The notes under the pieces were generated by a model that made no database searches, was not told the origin of the DNA, and saw nothing but the letters and a program-made list of their open reading frames with translations. From an uncultured Chloroflexia bacterium (GTDB taxonomy: Bacteria; Chloroflexota; Chloroflexia; Thermomicrobiales; Thermomicrobiaceae): a stretch of 64,000 nucleotides of DNA. How positions within the stretch are numbered: the first letter of the stretch is position 1; each line of letters begins with the position of its first letter. Positions 29,213-39,911 of this stretch are shown here, piece by piece. The stretch is taken from contig CAWAVM010000004.1 of assembly GCA_963785465.1 (NCBI GenBank), positions 9,908-73,907 on the forward strand. Reading direction: 5' to 3'. The position numbers were made by a program, and so were the translations under genes.

Positions 29213-30364
29213 CTAATGACTCGTCCGATAATGACGGGCCAGCATATCCGCCCCGAAGTCGTTCAGCGGATCGCGCCAGACCGTGTGCACGTGGTTCGCG
29301 CCATCTTGCGTATTGTCGTACTCAACCAGAAAACGTGGGCTTTGCAGCCGATAATAATGCGGCTGACGTCGCTCGATCCCGCCCGCCCAGGCGAAGTGGA
29401 CGTCCGGCATGTTGATGCCCGTAAACATCGAATTCTCGATCTCGGCGATCTCCTCCGGCATACGATCGATGTACTCACGAATAAGGGCGTCAAGCAGCCC
29501 TCGTTGCGCTCCGCTCATCGCGCTGGCAGCCAACCCTTTAGCATCGCTCGAGTAACGTGTCGCTTCTTGATGCTCGGGTGTAAATCCCAGGGCCCGCCAT
29601 TGCTCGGGCAAGGCATCCTCTTCTTTGACGCTCAGATCCCAACCGAACAGGGTCGGCGTCGCCAGCGGCAGCGCCCCTTCGACAATCGCCGGACGATTTG
29701 CCGTAACGATGTCGGGCGGCGCCACCGGTGAAAGAATAGCGGCCGCTCGCTGCTCGTCGGAGAGGTCATGAAGCAGTTCCCGTGCCAGATCTTCGACGCC
29801 TCCGAGCGGCCGGAGCGATCCGACACTCCCGAGTGGTGTCTCGGCTGGATTAGAGCCGAAGAAGGTAGGGGTTGGCGCGACAATACGGCCGCTAACGATC
29901 GCGTAGTTGATCGAGATATGATGCCCTTCGAAACGCCATCCCCAGGGCTTCCGCGAGTGAGGTTCGCCGAAGACACTGACGTAGAACATCAGCGGATCCC
30001 GTCCGTAGTTACTGGCCGCCCGTTCAGGCGTGGAACCTCTGGAAGTCTGGAATATCCAACCCTCGAGGGCATCCAGCGTGTTCTCCAGCCCCATGATGGT
30101 TGATGCAGTGACGTAGGCCGAGCGACTCAGCCCTGATGCCAGCAATTGGTGCGCCAGACGCTGCTGCGGCCGGTCCATCTCCGCCAACGGCAAGCCTTGA
30201 CGACGAACGGGCGTGTAGAACCAGCGGGTACGCTCGTCGCGATCATCGAAATCGAGCGTTGCTCTGGCACGCTGATCAGTTGAGAGAGACGCAAGAAATC
30301 GTGTTGCAGCCTCGCCCATCCGCTCAACCAGAGCCATGGTGTCGAAATCAGTCTCGTAATCCAT
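29213..30364 (-). CDS. DUF3500-family protein
   Basis: 383 aa with a WRFEGHHISINY block, which I recall as the DUF3500 signature. GAGGAGG lies upstream of the ATG. Confidence 0.6.
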   Translation of the reverse strand: MDYETDFDTMALVERMGEAATRFLASLSTDQRARATLDFDDRDERTRWFYTPVRRQGLPLAEMDRPQQRLAHQLLASGLSRSAYVTASTIMGLENTLDALEGWIFQTSRGSTPERAASNYGRDPLMFYVSVFGEPHSRKPWGWRFEGHHISINYAIVSGRIVAPTPTFFGSNPAETPLGSVGSLRPLGGVEDLARELLHDLSDEQRAAAILSPVAPPDIVTANRPAIVEGALPLATPTLFGWDLSVKEEDALPEQWRALGFTPEHQEATRYSSDAKGLAASAMSGAQRGLLDALIREYIDRMPEEIAEIENSMFTGINMPDVHFAWAGGIERRQPHYYRLQSPRFLVEYDNTQDGANHVHTVWRDPLNDFGADMLARHYRTSH

Positions 30365-30522
30365 GCGGGCCTCCTCTTCGGTTGTTGTGTCATGCCCGTC
30401 GATATGCGCATTCTAAACCGATTCGAGGTGTGGTAGCTCCTCAACATCTCATCCAAAGCCGGTCCCAGTCGTCTGGAGGCCAAAGTTGTCCGGTGTTAGA
30501 GTGAGGACGTATCCATGGCAAG

Positions 30523-31338
30523 TTGGGATTCTCGATAGGGAACAAAGACTTGACGTCACCGGGGAATGTTTCAAAGGAGCATAACGCGAATCTGCACGGA
30601 CTTCCGTTCCATGTCGATCACCGACCCTGGCCCATCCCTGACCGACACTGGAGCATGCTGCAAACCTGGAACGATCTCCTCTTCGCCCACTGGCCGGTCG
30701 ATCCGGATGCTCTGAGCCGCTTGATGCCAGGAGCCCTGGAGCCAGAGACCTTCGACGGTCAGGCATGGATCGCGGTCGTTCCCTTCTGGATGAGTGGCGT
30801 CCGGCTGCACCACCTTCCCGAGGTGCCGGGGCTGTCCACGTTTGCCGAGCTCAACGTCCGCACGTACGTCAACATCGACGATAAGCCGGGCGTCTTCTTC
30901 TTCAGCCTCGACGCTGCCAACCGCGTAGCGGTCGAGACTGCCCGGCGCTGGTTCCACCTTCCGTATCTCAATGCCCGCATGAATGTGCAGCGCGAGGACG
31001 AGACCATCCACTATTCGAGTCGACGGGTCGATCGCCGGGGGGCTCCCGCTGAACTGATCGGCTGGTACCGGCCGGTTGGACCGGTCTTCCGGAGTGAGCC
31101 GGGAACGCTGGTACATTGGCTCACGGAACGTTACTGTCTGTACGCTGTCGACGATCGTGAACAGGTCTACCGTGCAGACATCATCCATGATCCCTGGCCG
31201 TTGCAGGCAGCCGAAGCCGAGTTCACCGCGCAGACGATGCTCTCGTGCCACCACATCGTGCCAATCGATCAGCCGCCGTTGCTGCACTTCACCAAAAAGA
31301 TCGATATGGCTGGCTGGACCACGAAACGGTTGTCCTAA
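30523..31338 (+). CDS. DUF2071 (YqjF/COG3361-like) protein
   Basis: WNDLLFAHWPV...FDGQAWIAVVPFWM...FAELNVRTYV pattern. The start codon is uncertain. Confidence 0.6.
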   Translation: MGFSIGNKDLTSPGNVSKEHNANLHGLPFHVDHRPWPIPDRHWSMLQTWNDLLFAHWPVDPDALSRLMPGALEPETFDGQAWIAVVPFWMSGVRLHHLPEVPGLSTFAELNVRTYVNIDDKPGVFFFSLDAANRVAVETARRWFHLPYLNARMNVQREDETIHYSSRRVDRRGAPAELIGWYRPVGPVFRSEPGTLVHWLTERYCLYAVDDREQVYRADIIHDPWPLQAAEAEFTAQTMLSCHHIVPIDQPPLLHFTKKIDMAGWTTKRLS

Positions 31339-31548
31339 TATTCGGTTCATGGCCGCCTTCGGCCGACTGACCGAATCTGAGATTGAGAGCGCCGCTCTGC
31401 CTGGTTTTGACCGGTCTCGACTCCTTCAATCACGTGCTACACTGAGTCGCGCGGACCGCGATCGATCAGGCAGATTATTCATGGAATAGCTGAGTGGTTC
31501 GAGGCGTCTCCAACGCGGTTCGTCTGGAATGTCAGGAGGAAAATCGCA

Positions 31549-34522
31549 GTGGTCGCAACCAGACAGCCGGACTCACACGACGTGGAGCTCACGCACTCGT
31601 TGGAGGACGAACTCTCCTGGCGCATTGCCGGAGAAGCTCGCTTCGATCAGTACAGCCGGATGCTCTACAGTACCGACGCCAGCAACTATCAGATTCAGCC
31701 GATCGGCGTTGTACTGCCACGCACGATTGACGACGTGCGCGCCGCCATTGAACTCGCGGCGAAATACAAGGTGCCGATCTTGCCCCGCGGTGGCGGCAGC
31801 AGTCTGGCAGGACAGACCGTCGGTCGGGCGCTGGTTATCGACACCTCGAAGTACCTGAATCAGGTGCTGGAAGTCGACACCGCGTCACGCACCGCTCGAG
31901 TTCAACCCGGTATCGTGCTGCAGCAACTCAACGCGAAGCTAAAGCGTCACAATTTAATGTTCGGTCCTGACCCGGCCAGCGCCGACCGTGCCACGATTGG
32001 TGGCGTCGTCGGCAATAACGCGTCTGGCTCCCATTCAATCCTCTATGGCATGACCGCCGACCACGTTCTGGCCGCCAGCACGATTCTCTCTGACGGATTC
32101 GAGATTGGCTTTCACCGACTGAGCGCAACGGACCTAAACGAACGCGCACAATCCGACACCCGCGAGGGGACCCTATATCGCGACCTCCAGAGTCTCCGCG
32201 AACGCTACGGGCCGGTCATCGAGCGAGATTTCCCGAAGCACTGGCGTCGAGCTTCAGGCTACAACTTGCCGGAGCTACTCCGTCTGGATGAATTCAATGG
32301 CGCACGGCTGATCTCCAGTTCCGAGGGCACGCTCGCTTTCGGCACCGAATACACCATCGGGCTGGTCCCGGTTCCCACCATGACGGCCATGGTCATCCTG
32401 CAGTTCAACGATATTGTCGCGTCGATGGAGGTCGTGACAACCATCCTGGAATGCGAGCCGTCGGCAGTCGAACTCATGGACGGTATGTTGATCGGCCTGA
32501 CGCGGAAACAGCCGGCCTACGCCCGCCAGATTGAGTTCATCAAGGGCGATCCGCAGGCGATACTGACCGTCGAGTTCTACGGCGAGAATTACCCGGAGCT
32601 ACGCCAGAAGGTCGATCATCTCAAAACGCACCTGGCGCGTCACGGCATGAGTGGAGATGTCGAACCGATCGAGATCTTCGATCCGAGGAAACAGGCGGGA
32701 GTTTGGTCAGTGCGCAAGTCCGGCCAGGGCTTGCTGATGAGCACAAAAGGCGATGCCAAACCGATCGCCTGCATCGAGGACGTCTCAGTTCCGGTCGAAC
32801 ACCTCCCCGAATACGTGCGGGAAGTCGTACAAGCTCGTCGAGGATCACGGCACGACCGCCGCCTTCTACGCCCATGCGAGCGCCGGTTGCCTGCACGTCC
32901 GTCCGCTAGTCAGCATGAAGAGCGCCGATGGCGTCAAGACTATGCGCTCTCTTACCGAACACGCGGCCGAGCTGGCGGTGAAATTCGGTGGCGTCATGAG
33001 CGGCGAGCACGGAGACGGGCTCAATCGCGGTGAACTGAACGAGCGCGTCTTCGGCGGCGAGATCTATCAGTGTATGCGCGAGTTGAAAACCGCGTTTGAT
33101 CCAGCCGGACTGATGAATCCCGGTAAGGTGGTCGATAGCCCGTCCATGACCGACAATCTGCGGTTCGGCGCCGACTACCACGCCATGCCGATCAAAACGC
33201 ACCTCAGCTTCGCCCGCGATGGCGGTTTCGCTGCCGCGGTCGAGATGTGCAACGGCGCCGGAGTCTGCCGCAAAGTGGGAACCGGCACGATGTGCCCGTC
33301 CTATATCGCCACGCGCGACGAGCACGATTCGACTCGTGGACGCGCCAACGCACTCCGCGCCGCGCTCTCCGGCAAGGGCTTGAGCCAGGAACAGTTCACG
33401 GACAAGCGCACATACGATGTGCTCGACCTCTGCCTCTCCTGCAAAGCGTGTAAGACCGAGTGTCCATCGAGCGTCGACATGGCCAAGATCAAGACCGAAT
33501 ATCTGGCCCAGTACTACGATGCGAACGGTGTCCCGCTGCGATCGCGCGTTTTCGGACACATCCACCTGCTGAACCGGATCGGTTCAATGGCAACACCACT
33601 GGCTAATTCCGCCATGCGCGGACGGCTGGCACGCTTGGGCAAGCAAGTACTCGGAGTCCATCCGGACAGGGAAATTGCACCTCTTGTCAAAGAGACCTTT
33701 GTCGACTGGTTCCGGCGTCATCGAGACGTGAAGCCCTCCGGTCGTCGCGGGCTGGCCGTCTACTTCCACGACACGTTCGTGAACTACAACTACCCGGAGA
33801 TCGGCATCGCGGCGGTGAGACTGCTGGAAGCGGCCGGATACACCGTGGAGATCGTGGAGCGGCGCGCCTGTTGCGGTCGGCCGATGCTCTCGAAGGGTTT
33901 GGTCGAGGGAGCGCGTAAGCTGGCCCGTCAGAATGTTGAAGCGCTGATGCCCTACGCGCGTCAGGGCATCCCGATCGTCGGCACCGAGCCAAGCTGCATC
34001 TTGACGTTGCGCGATGAATATCGCGATCTTCTCCCCAACCAGCCGGACGTGGAACGTATCGCGTCGAACAGCTATATGATCGACGAGTTTCTCGGGAAGC
34101 TCCAGGATGAAGGCAAGCTCGATATCGGCTGGCGTGACGACGATGGTCCACACGTTCTGTTCCATGGCCATTGCCACCAGAAGGCATTGATCGGGATGGG
34201 TCCATCCATGTCCATTTTGCGGGCCGCTGGCTGTGAGCCGGCTGAAAGCGGAGCCGGTTGCTGTGGCATGGCGGGGTCGTTCGGATATGAGATCGAGCAC
34301 TACGACGTCTCACGAAAGGTCGGGGCAGAACGTCTCTTCCCCAAAGTCGAGGAGCAAGCGCGAGAAACCGTCATCGCCGTGACAGGTGTCTCCTGCCGGG
34401 AACAGATCGGGCACTTCACGAAACGCCGGCCGGTTCACATTGCCGAGGTGCTGGCGTCTCGTCTGACTGAGGCATCAGAACGAACAAGCTCGACACGAAT
34501 CGCGACGACCGCTGCTGACTAG
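31549..34522 (+). pseudogene. FAD-binding (PCMH/GlcD-like) plus Fe-S cluster (GlcF/CCG-like) fusion oxidoreductase, frame broken by one extra nucleotide near 32821-32829
   Basis: The N-terminal ORF has the FAD_binding_4 pattern (ILPRGGGSSLAGQ). The +1 frame continues with YAHASAGCLHVRP, two CxxCxxC-type clusters (CLSCKACKTECP) and CCG repeats (CCGMAGSFG). Length minus 1 nt gives 991 codons. Confidence 0.8.
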
Positions 34523-34591
34523 CAGGGTTGCTTATTCGCAAGGCTGGCCGCGTAGTTTCGTGGTCAGCCTTTGCCATAGAGGGGGCGCCCA

Positions 34592-35422
34592 GTGCTCTCG
34601 TTGACGACCGACTACCGGCAGGATAGCGGTTCACCCGAGCCATACCTACGGCGCACCGCCGAGGCCGGATTCAGCCACGTCCACTGGTGCCACCACTGGA
34701 ACGACGACTTCGTCTATGCCGATGCCGAGGTCGACCAGATCGGTCACTGGCTCGACGACTTCGGCCTGAAGTTGAATGATCTGCACGCGTCGGCTGGTGC
34801 CGAGAAGTGCTGGGTCTCAACGGTCGAGTATGAGCGCCTGGCCGGGGTAGAGCTCGTTCAGAATCGGATTGAGATGACGCGACGTTTAGGTGGAGATGTC
34901 ATCATCCTGCACATGCCGGCCGAACCCTCTGATGAACCGGCGCGCCAGGCCTTCTGGGATGTTCTCCACCGGTCGCTCGATGCTATGGAGCCTTTCGCGC
35001 GAGACCGCGGCATACGTGTCGCGCTCGAAAACCTGACCAACGGCAACTTCGCCACGGTACGACAGGTGCTGAGCGAGTATTCACCCGAGTTCGTCGGCCT
35101 GTGCTACGACTCGGGCCATGGGAACATCACTGGTGATGGGCTGGATCAGCTGGAGATTGCGAAGGATCGCCTGATCTCTCTCCATCTCCATGACAACGAT
35201 GGTAGCGGAGACGACCACCTGCCTCTGTTTTACGGGACCGTGGACTGGCAAAAGCTGGCAGGCATCATTGCGCGTTCTTCATATGCCAAGATGGTCAGCC
35301 TCGAGGTTTCGATGCGTCATGCAGATATCCACGACGAGCAAGCATTCCTTCAGCAAAGCTTCGAAGGCGGCACCCGTTTCGCACAGATGGTCGAGGATGC
35401 ACGGTTATCTCCGAGCATGTAG
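34592..35422 (+). CDS. sugar phosphate isomerase/epimerase (xylose-isomerase-like TIM barrel)
   Basis: VALENL...CYDSGHGN...LHLHDNDG metal-ligand pattern of the AP-endonuclease-2/TIM family. GTG start. Confidence 0.7.
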   Translation: MLSLTTDYRQDSGSPEPYLRRTAEAGFSHVHWCHHWNDDFVYADAEVDQIGHWLDDFGLKLNDLHASAGAEKCWVSTVEYERLAGVELVQNRIEMTRRLGGDVIILHMPAEPSDEPARQAFWDVLHRSLDAMEPFARDRGIRVALENLTNGNFATVRQVLSEYSPEFVGLCYDSGHGNITGDGLDQLEIAKDRLISLHLHDNDGSGDDHLPLFYGTVDWQKLAGIIARSSYAKMVSLEVSMRHADIHDEQAFLQQSFEGGTRFAQMVEDARLSPSM

Positions 35423-35505
35423 TGAGGCGTTTCCGGGTAAACATTGGGGGACAACCTGCGTGCACATGACACGTCGGGGCTCAGGCTGACTCACCGCGAA
35501 TAGCA

Positions 35506-36090
35506 TCAACTACCGGGAGCATCCGCCATCGCCCAAACGACTTCGCGACAGGCACAAGTGTCCGATAACGCCCGGTGGGTGGCAACAACGGGCAGACCAA
35601 AACTCGTGACCGCGTGCTCCAGTTTGAACCAACGATAATCGCCGAACTGAGCGTTTCGCTCGCCAACGAAGGCCGCGTACCGCAGCATGGCGCAGTGCCA
35701 GCGCGGATGTGGCGGCCGCAGTCCATAAATGGCGCAGGTCTGCTCGATCAACCGTTTATCAAACTCGGCGTTGTAGACGATAACGTGCTTGTGGCTGACG
35801 AGCAGTTCGACCAGGTCCGGGTAGATCTCCGGCCACTCAGGAGCGTCACGAACCATTCGGTCACTGATGCCATGGATGGCCGTGGCGTCGGCTGGGATCG
35901 AACGACGCGGCTTAACCAGCTTGTTGAGGAGCACCTGACCAACGTTGTCGAGCACGGCGATATCGACAATCTCGTCACGATCTCCGAGACCGGTCGTCTC
36001 GGTATCGAGATAGAGTACATCGGCTCGCCTAATGGCTGCCATCGCCCACTTGACGGCATCCGCCCGCCCGGTCCCCTGTGTCGCCAACAA
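35506..36090 (-). CDS. DEDDh 3'-5' exonuclease (DnaQ-like, stand-alone)
   Basis: ExoI YLDTETTGL, ExoII YNAEFD and ExoIII HRALSD. TTG start with GAGGAGG immediately upstream. Confidence 0.75.
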   Translation of the reverse strand: MLATQGTGRADAVKWAMAAIRRADVLYLDTETTGLGDRDEIVDIAVLDNVGQVLLNKLVKPRRSIPADATAIHGISDRMVRDAPEWPEIYPDLVELLVSHKHVIVYNAEFDKRLIEQTCAIYGLRPPHPRWHCAMLRYAAFVGERNAQFGDYRWFKLEHAVTSFGLPVVATHRALSDTCACREVVWAMADAPGS

Positions 36091-36442
36091 CGCCTCCTCT
36101 TGCTAAACGTGCTTCATTCACCATATGAGACGCCGGACTACCGGTCAATATAGACACCAACATGGCCGGCAAGATTCGAACCAGGAATGAGATCTGCGTC
36201 TACGTTGACAATCAGCGGGAACAATCTCGTCGGGATCGAGCGTTAACCACCATTGACCGGGGACGGAACCTTCATCACAGGCCTCTCGTCGCCTCACTCA
36301 GCATTATTTCAAGTCGCTGGAATCCAACTGGCGATACGCTTGCGGTAGCGTTGGCGGCCGTGCCGTTGGCTTGCTTCGGTGCATTGCTCTCTCTGTTACG
36401 AGGTCGGACTCAGGACTAACGCAGTCGTGGCGAAGGAGACGA

Positions 36443-37822
36443 TTAATGCCTCCAGCCGCGACTTTCACCATGTGTAGGCATCACGCTCAAGAGCCGCGAG
36501 CGAAGACGGCCCGCCTCTTTGCTTGAAGACCAGTCATCCTTGAAGAGCGCACCCAACGCGAAGATCATTAGCGGGAGGAAGAGCAACGAAACCATCCCGG
36601 CGTTGCCCTGGACAATCGCGGATACAGCGATGACGAACGGCGGCGCGAACACGCTTACAACCATGATCTTCTTGAGGAACGACTCGCTCGTCTCGCGAGC
36701 TGCAATCAGCGCACCAGGAACCATCAACAGCACTGCTCCATGAACCTGACTGTGATACGCAACAAGCAGGGATACGAGCATGGTCGCCAGCATCTGATTG
36801 TGAAATCTTGGAACATTTGGATTCCAGTCCCCGCGCCAGATGATCGCCAGCATCACCAGCGAAATCACCGATAAAACCGCGGTCAGCACGAGACCGGGAA
36901 TTTTGCTAACGTCGGGCTCCATGTTGAGCACCAACGCGCGCCAGCTGATCATTCCTTGAGGACTAATTGCGAGGCCACCGCTGTAGTTTGGATAATCGAT
37001 CAGGATCATGCGCACGTAGGCGATAACTCCGCCCACGCCGCCGACGGCGAGAGACGTCACGAGGAGTCCGAATCCGGAAGCAATCGCGCCGCCAATTGCG
37101 GACCAGCGACGCTTGACGAGCAGCACGAGCATGAGCGTGGCGGCATATTGCGGTTTCATGAGCAGCAAGCCAAACCAGGCTCCTGCCCGCAGGTCGCCGC
37201 CCTCTTCGAGTGCCAGGTACCCCCTCCAGAACGCGAAGAGAAGGATGATGACCATCTGTCCAACGAACAGAGCCATCCCGAATGGATAGAAGAGGAGTAG
37301 CAAGGCGGTCATCAATCGGCGTTGATTGGCAGGGAAGTGCGCCGCAAGACTGCGCGCAACGGGGAAGGCAAGTAGCAGGTTGGCGGCGGTCCAGAGGAGG
37401 AAACCGATCGGCGGAGGTGGTAAGGTAAACGGTGCGAATATCGCTAGGAAAATTGGAGGGTACGGGGCCGGCCCGACTTTGAGTGCCATGTCGGCAATGT
37501 TCGACGCGTAATACGAATAGAACGGCTGCATGTAGTGGGCGATCGCCGTGAGATCATATCCGGAACTCGGACCGGCGTGGATAAAGGCCTTAGCCGCACC
37601 CCAGAACCGGCTCCAATCGACTCCAAGAACGTAAAACAGCCCGAATCTCGACCACTCAATCGCGGTTTGGACGACCCAGAAGACGACATTAATGGCAATG
37701 GCGGCAGTGATAATACCGCGTGGCGAACGTATCGCGCCCCGGAAGCGATTGCTACGGTAGCCGAATGACGGATTCACCGTCGATGTCCCCCAAATATGGC
37801 GCCGAGTAGTTTCCCGGTACAC
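36443..37822 (-). CDS. polytopic membrane glycosyltransferase, GT87/DUF2029-like
   Basis: About 10 predicted TM segments and an N-terminal DWSRFWGAAKAF loop, as in DUF2029 mannosyltransferase-like proteins. Confidence 0.6.
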   Translation of the reverse strand: MYRETTRRHIWGTSTVNPSFGYRSNRFRGAIRSPRGIITAAIAINVVFWVVQTAIEWSRFGLFYVLGVDWSRFWGAAKAFIHAGPSSGYDLTAIAHYMQPFYSYYASNIADMALKVGPAPYPPIFLAIFAPFTLPPPPIGFLLWTAANLLLAFPVARSLAAHFPANQRRLMTALLLLFYPFGMALFVGQMVIILLFAFWRGYLALEEGGDLRAGAWFGLLLMKPQYAATLMLVLLVKRRWSAIGGAIASGFGLLVTSLAVGGVGGVIAYVRMILIDYPNYSGGLAISPQGMISWRALVLNMEPDVSKIPGLVLTAVLSVISLVMLAIIWRGDWNPNVPRFHNQMLATMLVSLLVAYHSQVHGAVLLMVPGALIAARETSESFLKKIMVVSVFAPPFVIAVSAIVQGNAGMVSLLFLPLMIFALGALFKDDWSSSKEAGRLRSRLLSVMPTHGESRGWRH

Positions 37823-37903
37823 TCGGAGCGTCAGATATTGCCCGGACAGCGAGGATCGTCCGGACGTTCGCTACACGATTCATTGCGCAAATTTTTCGCT
37901 CGG

Positions 37904-38524
37904 TCACGGAGCCGCCTCGATAAGATGCATCACGCCCAGGAGCGACCGCTGATCGCTAATGAGCCGAAGTCCCGCTTGCTGCACCAACGCTCGAGGATCC
38001 CGGTTCCAGTGGCAGCCGAACCGGCGGGCATGTCCGTCGACAAAGCGATCTTGCATACGCCCGGCCAGTCCAACGCTGCTACGGCCATGCTCAAAGAGAA
38101 GGATTCGGCCATCGGGCCGGCACACGCGCTTCATTTCGTTGAGCGCCGCGATCGGATCAGGAAAGGTGCAGGTACTCAACGAGGACGTCACAGTGTCAAA
38201 CGAGTTGTCTGGGAAACTCAGATCTTCTGCATTCATTTTCCGGAACTCGACGGCTTTGCCCCATTGCTCGGCTCGCTCACGAGCAATCTGCATCATACCT
38301 TGACTAAGGTCGACGGCGGTCAGTCGACAAGAGGACGAATAGAATTGTAGATTACGACCAGTGCCAACCGCGATTTCGAGCACGTCACCCGTGGCGCGTT
38401 GAAACCAGGATCGGCGTAGATGGCGGAACACGAGCAACTCGGCAACGAGTTCGAAACGATCGTACCAGGAAGCCATGTTATCGTATTTCTGACCGATCTC
38501 CGCAGCCGTGAACTCAACCGGCAT
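37904..38524 (-). CDS. class I SAM-dependent methyltransferase (Methyltransf_11-like)
   Basis: VLEIAVGTGRNL motif I and a later GRILLFEH block. 206 aa. Confidence 0.8.
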   Translation of the reverse strand: MPVEFTAAEIGQKYDNMASWYDRFELVAELLVFRHLRRSWFQRATGDVLEIAVGTGRNLQFYSSSCRLTAVDLSQGMMQIARERAEQWGKAVEFRKMNAEDLSFPDNSFDTVTSSLSTCTFPDPIAALNEMKRVCRPDGRILLFEHGRSSVGLAGRMQDRFVDGHARRFGCHWNRDPRALVQQAGLRLISDQRSLLGVMHLIEAAP

Positions 38525-38808
38525 GCGTGTCGCCTCCTGGAATCTTGAGCGCCAGAACGCTCTGGGCCCTTGCCGACCGGCTCACGCCCGCCCGCGAGCC
38601 AGTTGAAAATCTCGTGCAAACGGTACCACGTAGACTCTCGATTGTGCGGCTTCGGACAGGGAAACTGAACCAAACTCGTCAGATCCAGGACCAAATTCTG
38701 ACGAACCGGACAGGAGCCAGGCACTGGCGATCTGTACTCTGTCGTGAAGGCACGGATAGATTTACCAACACCACGGATAGAACGTAATTCAACGTTTTGG
38801 AGGACGAG

Positions 38809-39606
38809 ATGACACATGATGATCACCACGCCCACCCGATTCCAGAGATGGCCAAGGGCAGCTACAAGAAATCGCTCTATGCCCTTCGTGTAGAGCTGGT
38901 CAAGCTACAGCGAGACATGATAGCGAATAATCGCCGAATTTTGGTCCTGTTTGAGGGACGAGATGCGGCCGGCAAGGACGGCACCATCAAGCGCATCGTC
39001 AAGAATCTAAGCGCGCGCGAAACCCGGGTTGTCGCCCTCGGAAAACCGAGCGATCGCGAAGCTACCAGTTGGTATTTCCAGCGATTCGCCGAGCATTTCC
39101 CGGCGGCGGGGGAGATGGTCCTCTTCAACCGTAGCTGGTACAACCGGGCTGGGGTGGAGAGGGTTATGGGCTTCTGTACTCCAGAAGAATATGATGAATT
39201 CATCGAGGATACTCCACGCTTTGAGCAATTGCTTGTGAACTCAGGCATTCATCTCGTCAAGTACTATCTCGACATCAGCAAAGAAGAACAGCGCAAACGG
39301 CTTCAAGATCGCCGCAAGGATCCACTCAAGCAATGGAAAATCAGTCCAATTGACGCAGAGGCGATCAAGCTCTGGGATGACTACTCGATCGCGCGCAATG
39401 AGATGTTCGTGCACACGCACACCGCGGCGTCTCCTTGGACGATCGTCCGCGCCGACGACAAACACGTTGCCCGCATTAACGTGATGAGAGATCTCCTCAG
39501 CCGGATAGACTACGCCGACAAGGACCACGAGGACCTCTTGGCTGATCCAGACGTCGTTTTCCGATATCAGGATGCCTATCTCCGGAACGGAATGATCGCC
39601 CCGTAG
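38809..39606 (+). CDS. ppk2: polyphosphate kinase 2
   Basis: FEGRDAAGKDGTIKRI Walker A and FNRSWYNRAGVERVMGF. The ATG at 38809 lies 5 nt after GGAGG; the track start TTG 38797 was rejected. Confidence 0.85.
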   Translation: MTHDDHHAHPIPEMAKGSYKKSLYALRVELVKLQRDMIANNRRILVLFEGRDAAGKDGTIKRIVKNLSARETRVVALGKPSDREATSWYFQRFAEHFPAAGEMVLFNRSWYNRAGVERVMGFCTPEEYDEFIEDTPRFEQLLVNSGIHLVKYYLDISKEEQRKRLQDRRKDPLKQWKISPIDAEAIKLWDDYSIARNEMFVHTHTAASPWTIVRADDKHVARINVMRDLLSRIDYADKDHEDLLADPDVVFRYQDAYLRNGMIAP

Positions 39607-39847
39607 TCTGGGGTTTCAAAGTCGACCGCGTAAATGACGCCCATGAGCGAAGCACACCGTTGTCCACCCACTTACGTGCTGCGCGCGGCAGTTTGGTGAC
39701 CCAGCCGTCCATCGTGGATCGTGCAGATCGCTTCGCGATTCAGCAACGGTCTGGACTCAACGCCGGGGGTGCTTCGTCGTGCCGAAGGGGCACGCCACAT
39801 CCCAAGTCCGCTCTCCGACTATCCGCGAACAAGCCTTCTCGCCCCAC

Positions 39848-39876
39848 TTGACATTCGCGATTCAACTCTCTATCAT
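39848..39876 (+). promoter_or_regulatory. candidate sigma70-like promoter
   Basis: TTGACA (39848-39853), a 17-nt spacer, then TATCAT (39871-39876), about 36 nt upstream of the ATG at 39912. Confidence 0.5.
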
Positions 39877-39898
39877 CATTCATATATATTTGAATGAT
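39875..39898 (+). promoter_or_regulatory. perfect inverted repeat, candidate autoregulatory operator
   Basis: ATCATTCA-TATATATT-TGAATGAT overlaps the -10 and ends 13 nt before the ATG, just upstream of the GGAGGGG RBS. Confidence 0.5.
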
Positions 39899-39911
39899 CA
39901 CGGAGGGGTGA

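Noticed and set aside
36162-36253. tRNA-like signal: GGTTCGAATC (T-loop consensus) on the minus strand, with a partly complementary 7-nt acceptor pair about 92 nt apart.
   Set aside because: The T-stem does not pair (CCTGG versus CTTGC). There is no D-arm with GG and no credible anticodon arm. At best it is a decayed fragment, more likely chance.
36162-36419. 85-aa plus-strand ORF between the exonuclease and GT87 genes.
   Set aside because: There is no RBS and the sequence is basic and low-complexity. It runs opposite to both neighbours. I treat the 350-bp gap as non-coding.
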